DNA from: Candidatus Latescibacterota bacterium
GTDB taxonomy: Bacteria; Latescibacterota; UBA2968; UBA8231
DNA length: 64,000 nt
Reading direction: 5' to 3'
Assembly (NCBI GenBank): GCA_965248265.1
Contig: CBDFJF010000001.1
Location: 2,240,001 to 2,304,000 of the forward strand
The translations under genes and the position numbers were made by a program. Each line of letters begins with the position of its first letter. Position 1 is the stretch's first letter. Positions 10,016 through 20,478 of this stretch are shown piece after piece. The notes beneath the pieces are model-generated. The model was not told where the DNA came from. It did not search any database and was given only the letters and a program-made list of their open reading frames with translations.

Positions 10016-11805
10016 ACGGTGTTGAACCTCTTTGTCTGTATTGGCAGCGTGTTAGATGCCGAGAGTTGAATCTCGGCTGCGTTCGCCACCGTCTTGCCGA
10101 AATCGTCGGCAAAGCGGAAAAAGTCGTTGAAATTGATCAAACCATCCGGAGGACCCTGACTCGGCCCGGCAATGTCCAGCACATCAAGAGCTTCGCTGTC
10201 GACGGTACTCCCGAAGCCATCGGCGAAGAGGAAAAAGTCGTCAAAATCGACTCGGGTACCGGTCCGGGAGAACCAGCCGACGATATCCGCGCCATCCGCG
10301 TCAGTTGGCTGCAGACTAACGGTTTCCGTTTCATCGACGACGGTGTCGACGGCACCGAGATCACCAACGAGATCAGGAAAGACCTCTACTGCCGGATCCT
10401 CGATGTCCGCGATGAGGTCAGCAAGGCTTTCCTCGACCGTGATCGCCGGTTCGCCCTCTGCGTCCGCGTCGGCGACGACCTCGAAATCAACGATGGTGCT
10501 ACCCTCTGTGCACGTGACGTTGATGACGAGGAATCCCGCCGCCAAACTGGCCTGAATATTGACAGCCGCGTTCAGTGCGCAGTCTGCAACCGCCACCGGA
10601 TCGGTGAAATCCAGGGAGATCGGGAAGGTCACCCTTGCCTTGACGATCTTTCTCGTCACCGGCTTTACGCCCTCGCCCTGAAGCTTCCCGAGTCCTTTGA
10701 CCTGGACATCCACAGAGGGATTGAACGGGTCGTCTGAGGTGATCGTGATTATCCCGTCGTAGAAAATGTTGTCGTCTGCGGTAAAAATGACCTCAACCTC
10801 AGCGGACTCGCCGGGTTCGATCACGAGTGAAGTGGATCCCAGGCTGAAGGCGAGACCACTTGAGACTGCGAGTTCTGCGTTCAACGTCAGACCACCGATG
10901 TTGGAGATCTCCAGTGTCTTGGGACTCGAACCGCCAACCGCGACGGCCCCGAAGGCCAGCACATCTCGCACGTCGATGGTCGCGACTTCGGTGGCCCCCT
11001 CGATCGCCGCCGCCAGCTCGACCTCGATCAGGCGGTTTTCCGGATCGTTCGTGCTGATGATGACGAGTCCATCAAAGTCCCCATTGAGGTTGCCGACCAA
11101 GGCGGCGTCGAAGCCGACGAACAACTGCAACTGACCACCCGATTCGATTTCGAAGCGCTCCTCGGGGCCGATAGCCGTACCCAGATCCTCGACGAAACTG
11201 GCCACAAACCCGTCGGCGAGATCGTACTCGAACCATACGGTGAGGGCCCCGGGTCCGCCATTGAACAGGTTGAGCGTTTCAGAAGTGGTCCCATCCGCTG
11301 TGACGACACCTAACGCGAACGGGTCGGCAGGCTCGATGGACACGCTAGGCGGTTCACCGATGCTTACGGGGAATGAGGCAATGGCGTCGCTCTCATTCGT
11401 ACCGTCAAAGGCACTGACCTGATAGATGTACAAGGGTCCGCTGATGACGGTGTCGTCGACGTAGGTTATCTCACCGGGAGAGACGCGCGCGATCTCTACC
11501 GCCTCGGCACCGGCCCCATCACTCACCTTGATGATGTAGGATTCGACGTCATTGCCTACTACCTGACTCCCGCTGCCTCCACCGGTTGTGGAGGTAAAGC
11601 TGCGCCCATCGGATGGCGACAGATCCCAGGTTACCGTGATGTTGGGAACACCCAGGTCAGCGACAGCATCGATGTTGCTCGGCGCCTCGGGCGGGATGTT
11701 GTCGACGGCGCCGATCGGGTCGCCCTGTGCCAGAGCCGGAACCGATGCGGAACCCAGAACAATCGAGATCACGAACGTGAAAAATCCCATCCTATTTCTC
11801 GCCAT
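9994..11805 (-). CDS. secreted acidic multi-Ig protein B (paralog of A and C); extreme C-terminus frameshifted
   Basis: Same architecture as A. Start MARNRMG after GGAGG. The ORF reads past the expected TAA (10052-10054) into the terminator. Confidence 0.75.
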   Translation of the reverse strand: MARNRMGFFTFVISIVLGSASVPALAQGDPIGAVDNIPPEAPSNIDAVADLGVPNITVTWDLSPSDGRSFTSTTGGGSGSQVVGNDVESYIIKVSDGAGAEAVEIARVSPGEITYVDDTVISGPLYIYQVSAFDGTNESDAIASFPVSIGEPPSVSIEPADPFALGVVTADGTTSETLNLFNGGPGALTVWFEYDLADGFVASFVEDLGTAIGPEERFEIESGGQLQLFVGFDAALVGNLNGDFDGLVIISTNDPENRLIEVELAAAIEGATEVATIDVRDVLAFGAVAVGGSSPKTLEISNIGGLTLNAELAVSSGLAFSLGSTSLVIEPGESAEVEVIFTADDNIFYDGIITITSDDPFNPSVDVQVKGLGKLQGEGVKPVTRKIVKARVTFPISLDFTDPVAVADCALNAAVNIQASLAAGFLVINVTCTEGSTIVDFEVVADADAEGEPAITVEESLADLIADIEDPAVEVFPDLVGDLGAVDTVVDETETVSLQPTDADGADIVGWFSRTGTRVDFDDFFLFADGFGSTVDSEALDVLDIAGPSQGPPDGLINFNDFFRFADDFGKTVANAAEIQLSASNTLPIQTKRFNTVSSAPLL

Positions 11806-12038
11806 GTTCGTAGTCCTCCTCTTTGCTTTTACGTACACACACACACCACACTACGTGCACCCACCGCACGTCTGCCTGCAGGTTCTGATCAATAAAAGTT
11901 CAGTCGCCGAGGCAGTTCACGGGCCCAGTTAATATACAATACCGCCGCCCACCCGCACTCTTTTGTGATCTTGCGCACGTCCGTTGGGGTTGCCGAAAAA
12001 GATTCGGATCGGCTGCACCCTGGGCACGTCAAATGCAA

Positions 12039-12073
12039 AAAGCTCCACCCCTTTTCGCCAGGGGTGGAGCTTT
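12039..12073 (-). terminator. intrinsic terminator after gene C
   Basis: aaagctccacccct / aggggtggagcttt stem with a T-tract on the minus strand. Confidence 0.75.
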
Positions 12074-12125
12074 CAGCACAAGCTACTTATGTCCTCGCAA
12101 TACTACTTACTACTGGATGGAAATC

Positions 12126-13928
12126 CTATCCACCCAGAATAGCCTGAACGTCGGCGGCGTTGGCGACCGTCTTGCCGAAATCGTCGGCAAAGCGGAAGAA
12201 GTCGGCGAAGTTCACCAAGCCGTCCGGCACCAGGTCTTCCCCGCTGATGTCGAAGACACTGTCAAAGCTCGGATCGCCCAGAGAGGAACCGAAGGCGTCG
12301 GCTAAAGCGAAGAAATCTGTCAAATCCACTCTCGTTCCCGTTCTCGTGAACCAGCCGGCGACAGCGTTGCCTTCCGCGTCGATGGGTTGGATTACGACGA
12401 CCACGGGCTCGGAGGCGATCGCATCGACAGTGCCGAGTTCCTCACCCGTTTCCGCCTCTAGAGCGGCGACGAGTGTTTCTGGTTCGTCCGCCACAATCGT
12501 CTCGAGAGCCGCGGCAGCATCAGCGGCGGATGGCGCTTCGAGATCGTCTTCGGGTGGATCGAGGATCTGGAAAGTCACCTCGGTGCTGCTTTGTACGACA
12601 AGCGTTATAATGATCCGACTCTCAGGAATACCTAATTGAGCAGCGAAAACGGCTCTGGCACTCGCTTTGAACGCTTCGTTTGCAGTCGACCCGTCTACAT
12701 ATATCTCTGGATCACTAACATCTGCCGACATGGTGATTACGACCTGGACTACCTCCTCCTCCACCGGGTTGTCGGGCGCGACCGTACCTTCGGTGCCCGC
12801 CAGAGTTATCGAGATGGCAGCCGCAGGATCGTCCACAGAAGTGATCGTGATCAGACCGGAGTATTCCCCCCCCGCTGCAGCCGGAGTAAAGGACACCTGC
12901 ACGACGGCCTCTGAAGTAGCATTGAGGAAGATCGATTCGTCTTCGGCGGCTATGTCGAAGACGAGGTCGCCAGTCAAATCGAGATCGGCGGTCAACGGCA
13001 GCCCACCAGTGTTCGTGATCGTCAGGGGTTGAATGCGGGTCTCGCCGAAAGGGACGTCGACGAAGGTCAACGACTCGCCGACGACATCCAGGCGCGCGAC
13101 GTCAACGCCGTTTATGATCGTCGCGGACAACGTATACACCACTTCGCGGAAATTGGGGTCGTTCGTTTCCACGGTGATGGTACAAGAGTGCTCTCCGTTG
13201 GTACTGCCGACCAAAGCAGCATCGATACCAAGATCGAACTCAAGTTCATTACCCGGAGGCACGAGGTAGACGTCCAGCACATCACCAACAGAGGGTTCGG
13301 CAAAACAAGGGGCAATCGGGAACAACTCTATGGTCAGCTCGGTTTCGGCCGCAGCGTTGCCTATCCCTATAGGGTAACTTTGTCTCAGGTTGTTTGTGAC
13401 GTCGATCTCGCCTAGGGGCTCGTCTCCAGCAGGAGGGAAAATAAGATCGTCCCCATCGACGGCGATCGGCGGATCGCCGAGATTGACGCTCAGCGCCCCT
13501 GTGGACACGGAGTTTGTCCCATCAGTCACCGTGAGGGTGTAGGAGTAGGCCACTCCAGCGGTAACATCAGCATCGACGTACTCTGATACACCCGGAGCGA
13601 GGCTGGTCTCAACATCGTCGCCGCCGGTCTCGCTGCGCGTAAGGATGTACCCGGTGACATCGTTGCTGGCGACTATGTTCGCACCACTGGCGTTGGCGTT
13701 GTTACCCGTAGCCGTGTAGCCGGCCACATCCGACGTCGACAGATCCCATGTCAATTTGATACGCGAAGCATCGTCCGGATCTGGACCGACTTCAAAGTTC
13801 GTGGGCACGATCGGTGCTGTGTTGTCGACGGCACCAATCAGATGGTTGTCTGCTGAAACAGGTGCTGAGCCAACCATGAGTGCGACCGCGGCCACACTGG
13901 CGAAAACTCCCATTTTACCTCTCGACAT
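12126..13928 (-). CDS. secreted acidic multi-Ig protein C (paralog of A and B)
   Basis: Signal peptide, FN3-like and Ig repeats; tail VDLTDFFALADAFG / DGLVNFADFFRFADDFGK. Confidence 0.75.
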   Translation of the reverse strand: MSRGKMGVFASVAAVALMVGSAPVSADNHLIGAVDNTAPIVPTNFEVGPDPDDASRIKLTWDLSTSDVAGYTATGNNANASGANIVASNDVTGYILTRSETGGDDVETSLAPGVSEYVDADVTAGVAYSYTLTVTDGTNSVSTGALSVNLGDPPIAVDGDDLIFPPAGDEPLGEIDVTNNLRQSYPIGIGNAAAETELTIELFPIAPCFAEPSVGDVLDVYLVPPGNELEFDLGIDAALVGSTNGEHSCTITVETNDPNFREVVYTLSATIINGVDVARLDVVGESLTFVDVPFGETRIQPLTITNTGGLPLTADLDLTGDLVFDIAAEDESIFLNATSEAVVQVSFTPAAAGGEYSGLITITSVDDPAAAISITLAGTEGTVAPDNPVEEEVVQVVITMSADVSDPEIYVDGSTANEAFKASARAVFAAQLGIPESRIIITLVVQSSTEVTFQILDPPEDDLEAPSAADAAAALETIVADEPETLVAALEAETGEELGTVDAIASEPVVVVIQPIDAEGNAVAGWFTRTGTRVDLTDFFALADAFGSSLGDPSFDSVFDISGEDLVPDGLVNFADFFRFADDFGKTVANAADVQAILGG

Positions 13929-14471
13929 ATCCCTCTCCTCCTCGGTAACTATACCTGTATGTATCGATAATCGGGGATCAGGCTCATGCGGTCTTGACGA
14001 CCCCAGGTGCTCTCGCCAGACAATCGGTAGTCAGCTACAACTGTATGAATCTGCACGGTCTTATAGCAAGTATTTAGACGGGCTAAATTTAGCGCTTCCT
14101 CGATGCAAGTCAAGAAGTTTCTCAGAGGGGATTTCATCCACTTGGCAGCTGTTCAGATCCAGGCTGATTGGGCACACAACCTACCTGGGTTTTTGTCATA
14201 AATTGTTTGTTATCAATATGTTGAAAGAAAATTACGTCGCTTAGGCCAATTTCAGCAGGTATCTTCCATCAAAAGGATAGTGCATCCTGGCGTTCACATA
14301 TGTGACCGGGCACACGAAAACCGGTCTGGGTACCTGATTAGCGGCCTTCAGCCACCTGCATGGCCGAAATTCATCCAGAGTGGGCTCGGTATTGCGCCGG
14401 TCCCCCCGAACTCTTTGTGTCTGTAAGCATCAAATGTTAGCAGGCGGTGGCAAATCCCCTGTAGAAAATCC

Positions 14472-16271
14472 GTGGTGATGGCGCGAATCTCAGAACAATC
14501 CCTCGAACAGGTCAGAGCCAGTGCGGATATCGTCGATGTCGTGTCCGCGCATGTACAGCTCGCCAAGCGTTCCCGAAACTTCTTCGGGTTGTGCCCGTTC
14601 CATGACGAGAAGACTCCCTCTTTCAGCGTCAATCCCGATCTGCAGATCTACAAGTGTTTTGGCTGCGACGCCGGCGGCGACGTCTTCAAGTTCGTACAGG
14701 AAATCGATCGCGTCAGCTTCGTTGAAGCGGTCCAATTCCTGGCCGAGCGCTATGGGATCCCTCTCCCAAAAGAGGGTAATGACCAGAGTGACGAACTCGC
14801 GGACGAGCTCTTTCGCGCCAACGAGCTCGCGGCCAAGTATTTCGAGTACAAGCTGAAGCAGGACGCTGGACGGCCGGCACTCGACTACCTGCGCAAGCGC
14901 GGACTCAGTGACGAGACCATCGACCGCTTCCGTCTCGGCTTCGCTCTTCCGGGCTGGACCTCGCTCCTGGAGATGGCCGGTAAGCGGGGCTTCAAGCCCG
15001 AGGCATTGGAGCGCGCCGGGTTGGCATTACCGAGCCGGCGCAGCTCCGGCCACTACGACCGCTTCCGCAATCGCATCACCTTTGCCATCCGCAATACCTC
15101 AGGTCGCGTGGTCGGATTCGGGGCTCGAGGCATGAGCCCGGAGGATGAGCCCAAGTACCTCAATTCCCCCGAATCACCGGTCTACCATAAGAGTTCCATC
15201 CTCTATGGGCTGAGCGAATCACACGACGCCATTCGCCGCGCCGATTCCGCCATCGTGGTGGAAGGTTACATGGATGTCCTCAACCTGGTGCAGGCCGGCA
15301 TCAATGAAGTGGTCGCCAGCTCCGGGACCGCATTGACGGCCGAGCACTGTCGGCTACTGGCGCGCTATGCCCGCCGTGTGGTGCTGTTGTTCGACGGTGA
15401 TGCTGCCGGGTCCAATGCTGCCATGCGGGGGTTGAGTTCGATCCTCGACACGGGGCTCGATTCCCGGGTTGTGTCGCTGCCGGGAGGACACGATCCCGAT
15501 TCCTTCGTCCGGGAAGAGGGGCCTGAGGCCTTGAGAGAGATGCTGGGCGATGCCCAACCCGCACTCGAATTCTACCTGGACCAGCTGGCCAAGACCCTGG
15601 ACGTGACTTCAGTAGCCGGCAAGGCGGCGGCGGTCGATGCCATCATGCCGTTACTGGCCCGCTGCACCCAGTCGGTCCGCCTCGACCTGATGATTCGCCA
15701 GGCCGCACAACGGCTGTTGATCGACGAAGCCTCTCTCAGACAGGATCTCAAGAAGCACCTGGAACAGCCGAGCCGGCCCCGGCGCGAGTCCTCCGAGCAG
15801 ACTGGACCGGCACCGGTACATCTGCCTGATCCCCCACGCCCGGAACGGGAGTTCCTCGGGTTGCTGCTGCACAGTCCCAGGTACATCAGACCGACCGCGG
15901 AGCAGATTGAGGTCAGCGCTTTTTCTGACGAGCGTTGCCAGGCCCTAGCGGACATGCTCTTTCGAGAGTACAGCGATGCTACCACCCTCGACTTGAGCCA
16001 CTTGATTAACGACGTCAACGACGAGCCGCTGGTTCAGTTGATCTCATCGTGCGCGATGGTTGGCTTCGATGAAGATCAGGTAGAAGAGCAGTGGCGGGAC
16101 TACATCTTCAGCTTCCGCAAGGATTCGATGACGCGGCGCATCGAGCACTCCAGGGTCGAGCTGCGCTCGGCATTGGAAGCGGCCAAGGATGACGAGGTCA
16201 CCCGCATCAACGCCGAGATGGCGGACTTGATCAGAGAGCGCCAGTCACTGGAGTCCGAGCACAGGCACTGA
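14472..16271 (+). CDS. dnaG: DNA primase
   Basis: CPFH..KTPSF..CFGC zinc finger, PKYLNSPE, VEGYMDV, TOPRIM LFDGDAAG. Confidence 0.97.
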   Translation: MVMARISEQSLEQVRASADIVDVVSAHVQLAKRSRNFFGLCPFHDEKTPSFSVNPDLQIYKCFGCDAGGDVFKFVQEIDRVSFVEAVQFLAERYGIPLPKEGNDQSDELADELFRANELAAKYFEYKLKQDAGRPALDYLRKRGLSDETIDRFRLGFALPGWTSLLEMAGKRGFKPEALERAGLALPSRRSSGHYDRFRNRITFAIRNTSGRVVGFGARGMSPEDEPKYLNSPESPVYHKSSILYGLSESHDAIRRADSAIVVEGYMDVLNLVQAGINEVVASSGTALTAEHCRLLARYARRVVLLFDGDAAGSNAAMRGLSSILDTGLDSRVVSLPGGHDPDSFVREEGPEALREMLGDAQPALEFYLDQLAKTLDVTSVAGKAAAVDAIMPLLARCTQSVRLDLMIRQAAQRLLIDEASLRQDLKKHLEQPSRPRRESSEQTGPAPVHLPDPPRPEREFLGLLLHSPRYIRPTAEQIEVSAFSDERCQALADMLFREYSDATTLDLSHLINDVNDEPLVQLISSCAMVGFDEDQVEEQWRDYIFSFRKDSMTRRIEHSRVELRSALEAAKDDEVTRINAEMADLIRERQSLESEHRH

Positions 16272-18019
16272 GGTAATACCTGCTCCCTCTCTGGCGACGA
16301 CGACTCGATCAGCCGCAACATGATTGAGCCGGTCGACCTGGCCGCTCGGCCAACGCAATTCTACCATGTCAGCGTATGCGTGAATACCCAGGCCGAAGTG
16401 GGCTCTGACGTCGCTCCGTGTGAGAAAACCGTCGCCGGCGCGTATTTCTCGGATCTGCGTAGATGACCCGGTCTTGACCACGATCCGCGTGCCGACTCCA
16501 TCACGGTTGCTGTTGTCGCCGATCGTTTTGACGATCAGAAAGTGACCCTTCGCGGGGGTATCATTGCGTAGCAGCGTGGGCTCGTCGTCGAGATCGGCTA
16601 CGAAAATATCGATGTCGCCGTCGCCGTCGTAGTCTCCGAAGGTCGCCCCGCGACTGACCTTGCGCACCAGCAAACCGGGGCCGGCTTCTGTTACTGGATT
16701 GAAGTCCCCCCTGCCGTTCTCGAATAGGATGTTCTCGAACAACTGATTGTGTTGGGCGTACGACCCGGCGCCAGCGTCATCGACGGCGGGATAGACGTGA
16801 CCGTTGACGACGAACAGGTCTTTATCGCCATCATGGTCGAAGTCGGCGAACCCGGTACCCCAGCTCAATGGCGCCCAGGTGGCTGCACCGAGGCCAAGTG
16901 CGTAGGTGACATCGGTGAAGTACATACGGGCGGCGGCGACTCCGTCTGCCTTCGATCCGATCCATTATTTCGGTACAGCGTGCTGCTATCGGAAGCGAAG
17001 TTGGTGACGAAGAGATCCAGCCAGCCGTCGTTGTCGTAGTCCTCGAAGGCACACCCCATCCCCGCCTGCGGACGACCATCGCGATCGGTAGCCACCCCCG
17101 CGACAGCGCCAACTTCCAGGAAAGTGCCATTACCCGCGTTGCGATACAGGTAGTTGGGCACCGAGTCATTGGCGACGTAAAGATCCGGATCTCCGTCATT
17201 GTCGTAATCCCCCCATACCGCGGCGAGACTGGGACGGCCTGGGTCAGCCATGCCTGCCACCTGCGTGGCATTCACGAAGTAACCATCCCCTTGATTCTGG
17301 TAGAGCACGTTGGGTACACCCGCGAGACCCCCGGGCCCGACAAAAGCCTCCAATCCGTGCCACCTGGTTTTGCGTCTGGCAGGTGGCCTTTGCAACACGG
17401 GCAGGAAATCGACGTAGTTGCTGACGTATAGATCGAGGTCGCCGTCGCGATCGTAGTCGGCGAAGGAACAGCCAGTGCTCCAGGAGGTGTCGGCTACCCC
17501 GGCCACCGCTGCAATTTCCGAATAGGTCCCGTCCCCTTCGTTCCGGTAGAAGACATTGGCGCTGTAGTTGGTCACGTAGATGTCCTGGTCACCGTCGTTG
17601 TCGTAGTCCGCCGTCGTCACCCCCATGCCCCAGCCTTGGTCGTCGACCCCGGCTGCGACGCTGATATCAGTGAAGCTGGCCTCGGCGTCATCGGAGAGAT
17701 TATTCCGGTACAGGATATTCGTTCTGGGTGCGGTACCTGCGGTGTTATCCAATTGAGACCCGTTGACGACGTACAAGTCGATATCGCCATCCTCGTCGTG
17801 GTCGAAAAAGGCTCCGGCCGATCCGCCTTTGGCCTCGACGATGAAGTGCTTCTCCGGCCCCCCGGAATTGAGGGGAGAGTGAACCCCGACCTGGGTCGCG
17901 ACATTGACGAAATGAAAGCGGGGGTTGTCGTCAGTCACTATTGGGGACGAGTCGCAACCACCAAGCAGCAATAGGAGGGCGAGGGATCGACGAAAACGGG
18001 AGTGAATCGTCACCATCAT
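16245..18019 (-). pseudogene. CRTAC1/ASPIC-UnbV FG-GAP lipoprotein split by a frameshift
   Basis: Lipobox LLLGGC and DYDNDGDxDLYV repeats in ORF 16865-18073. ORF 16245-16925 continues with NRDGVGTRI..HFGLG..RWPSG. Tandem GATCC-GATCC at 16954-16963. Confidence 0.85.
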
Positions 18020-18228
18020 CCTGGCTAGTAAGAGTACGGCGTGGACTGAAACCACGGGCGCTAGTGCGAGCACGGAGTAACTGCAGTTAGCGGTCCTAAC
18101 TCAACGGCGAACCTAACATAGGAATTGGGGAACTGGCTGGAACCTTTGGCTGCTCGACCTCCAATTCGGAATTCTCGGAGTGGCTTATACTTGACCATCA
18201 GGAGTGCAACTCTACTTTTGATCAGATC

Positions 18229-18305
18229 GGGCCCATAGCTCAGTTGGTTAGAGCGACGGACTCATAATCCGTTGGTCGTAGGTTCGAGTCCTACTGGGCC
18301 CACCA
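18229..18305 (+). tRNA. tRNA-CAT, probably tRNA-Ile2 (lysidine-modified)
   Basis: Cloverleaf GGGCCCA...ACGGA-CTCATAA-TCCGT...GGTTCGAGTCC...TGGGCCC-ACCA. Ile2 rather than Met is an inference from the acceptor stem. Confidence 0.9.
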
Positions 18306-18370
18306 TTATGCACACCTCTATTACGCACTTCTAGTAGGTACGTCATGCGGCGTTTTCATGGAGCGATTGG

Positions 18371-19747
18371 ATGTCCTTGAGTGAATCCCCTCTCATCCAG
18401 AACTACCTGAGTAAAACCCCGAAATCCCGAGCTCTGTATGAGCGCGCCCAATCGGTGTTCCCCAGTGGGGTCACCCATGATGCGCGCTTCCTGGATCCCT
18501 ATCCGATCTCGGTCACACACGCTCAGGGACCACTCAAGTGGGATGTCGACGGCAACGAGTACGTCGACTACTTCGGCGGCCATGGCGCGTTGTTGTTGGG
18601 CCATAGTCATCCTGCCATCGTCGAGGCCGTGCAGGAACAGATCACCAAGGGTACCCACTACGGGGCTTCGCACGAGCTGGAGCTGCGGTGGGCGGAGCTC
18701 ATCACGCAAATGGTACCGTGCGCCGACAAAGTGCGTTTTACGGCATCTGGTACTGAAGCCACCATGTTGGCCTTCCGTATAGCGCGTTCGTTCACCGGCA
18801 AGAACAAAATCCTGCGCTTCAAGACCCACTTTCACGGCTGGCACGATCAGGTCGCCTATGGTGCCAAGAGTGCGAACGCCGGCCTCCCCGGTGGCATTCC
18901 GCAGGAGCTGACCGACAATATCATTCTCTGTCCTGCCAACGACGCCGGGCAGGTCGCACAGATTCTGCAGACGGATGGAGACATCGCGGCCATCATCGTC
19001 GAGCCAACCGGGTCCAGTTTCGGCCATGTGCCGCTTACCCCCGGCTTCGTGGATGAACTGAGGACACTGACGCAGCAGCACGATGCACTACTGATTTTCG
19101 ATGAAGTGATCTCCGGCTTTCGCGCTGCCCGCGGTGGCGCCCAGGAAACCACCGGCGTCACCCCTGACATGGCGACGATGGCCAAGGCCATGGCCGGCGG
19201 CTTCCACACAGGAGCCGTCGTCGGCCGCGCCGCCATCATGGACATGATGACGTTTTCGGATGATGCCGAGTGGAATGCGACTCAACGCATCCCGCACTAC
19301 GGAACATTCAATGCAAACCCGATCGCCGCCTGCGCCGGGGTGGCCCAGTTGGAGATTATTCGTTCGACCGACGCCATCGAGAAGGCCAACGCCATGGCTG
19401 CCCTGCTCAGGGACGGGATGAACCAGGCGCTACAGGAAGAAGGTCTTGGCTGGGTGATCTATGGTAAATTCTCGGACTTCCACATGTTCCTCAACCCGGA
19501 CGACATCGACATATCATCGGCGGATATCGATGCCGGCAAACTCGATGCTGCCGTGATCAAATCGGTGCCGGGCGAGCTTCAGGGTGAGTTTCGTGCGGGC
19601 TGGCTGGCCGAAGGGGTCGATCCGATTTCGTGGCCGGGTGGGCTGGTATCCGCCGTTCACACCGAGGCCGAAGTCGAGCGATCCGTCGCCGCTTTCCGCA
19701 CACTCATCAAGCAATTCAAACAGGCCCGCGTTCCGCAACTGGCCTGA
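18371..19747 (+). CDS. class III PLP aminotransferase (glutamate-1-semialdehyde aminomutase-like)
   Basis: WDVDGNEYVD, SGTEAT, LIFDEVISGFR, PDMATMAKAMAGG, GTFNANP. Confidence 0.9.
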   Translation: MSLSESPLIQNYLSKTPKSRALYERAQSVFPSGVTHDARFLDPYPISVTHAQGPLKWDVDGNEYVDYFGGHGALLLGHSHPAIVEAVQEQITKGTHYGASHELELRWAELITQMVPCADKVRFTASGTEATMLAFRIARSFTGKNKILRFKTHFHGWHDQVAYGAKSANAGLPGGIPQELTDNIILCPANDAGQVAQILQTDGDIAAIIVEPTGSSFGHVPLTPGFVDELRTLTQQHDALLIFDEVISGFRAARGGAQETTGVTPDMATMAKAMAGGFHTGAVVGRAAIMDMMTFSDDAEWNATQRIPHYGTFNANPIAACAGVAQLEIIRSTDAIEKANAMAALLRDGMNQALQEEGLGWVIYGKFSDFHMFLNPDDIDISSADIDAGKLDAAVIKSVPGELQGEFRAGWLAEGVDPISWPGGLVSAVHTEAEVERSVAAFRTLIKQFKQARVPQLA

Positions 19748-19785
19748 ATCACTGATTCGATTCACTGAAGTAACCTACGACCCGG

Positions 19786-20460
19786 CTACCGAGTCCCTAC
19801 TCTCGCAACTCGCGGAGCCAGCGCATTCCACTCATCAGCCAGCTCGGACACCTGCTTGAAGGTCTCCAGCAACGGCTCCCACATGTTCTCGCGGATCTGC
19901 GCTGCCGCCTGCTCGTCACCCTCTGAAACAGCCTTCTTCAGAGCAACCGATAGTTGCTCCTGGATGCTCCCGCAGTTCTGTGCCATGGCCACCAGGGCTC
20001 GCGACTTGTCGACATAGCGATCTACATGGTCTGCCATTGGCGTGGAGGAATCGGTTTCGACGTCATAGTCACTGGATGGCCGGAAGTGCGGCGGTAACGT
20101 CTGGTTGTCAGCGTCGTAAAAGGTGTGCGTCGGTTGAATGTGCGGCGTGACCGACAGGTACATGTACACCGGTTCGTCCCCCAGCACACGCACCGAATGA
20201 GGCTCGTCCACCAGGGCGTAACACATCTGTCCGGGCCCCAGCTCCTGGGCAACGCCGTTGATCTTGAATTCGACTCGCCCCGAAAGGATGAGAAAGATCT
20301 CGTGGCCGAGATCATGTGAGTGTGGATTGTCCTTCCTCCAAGGCATGTGACGCTCTTGCGGTTCATCGTCGGGCTCCATGCACAGGATCCGAGCCCTGAT
20401 CTGCGGCGTGACCAGGATGTTGCGGATATCCTTGCGATAGTCATACACCTGCCAGCTCAT
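19786..20460 (-). CDS. cupin-domain protein
   Basis: PHSHDLGHEIFLILSG...PGQMCY...EPHSV. Confidence 0.85.
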   Translation of the reverse strand: MSWQVYDYRKDIRNILVTPQIRARILCMEPDDEPQERHMPWRKDNPHSHDLGHEIFLILSGRVEFKINGVAQELGPGQMCYALVDEPHSVRVLGDEPVYMYLSVTPHIQPTHTFYDADNQTLPPHFRPSSDYDVETDSSTPMADHVDRYVDKSRALVAMAQNCGSIQEQLSVALKKAVSEGDEQAAAQIRENMWEPLLETFKQVSELADEWNALAPRVARVGTR

Positions 20461-20478
20461 GCCGACCTCCTCATTGTA

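Noticed and set aside
18229-18370. Island integrated at tRNA-CAT or tRNA-Val
   Set aside because: I found no duplicated tRNA 3' end or integrase downstream of either tRNA.
18371-19747. Calling this gene hemL
   Set aside because: It is GSA-aminomutase-like but lacks the typical GGVNSPVR N-terminal motif and has no haem-pathway neighbours.
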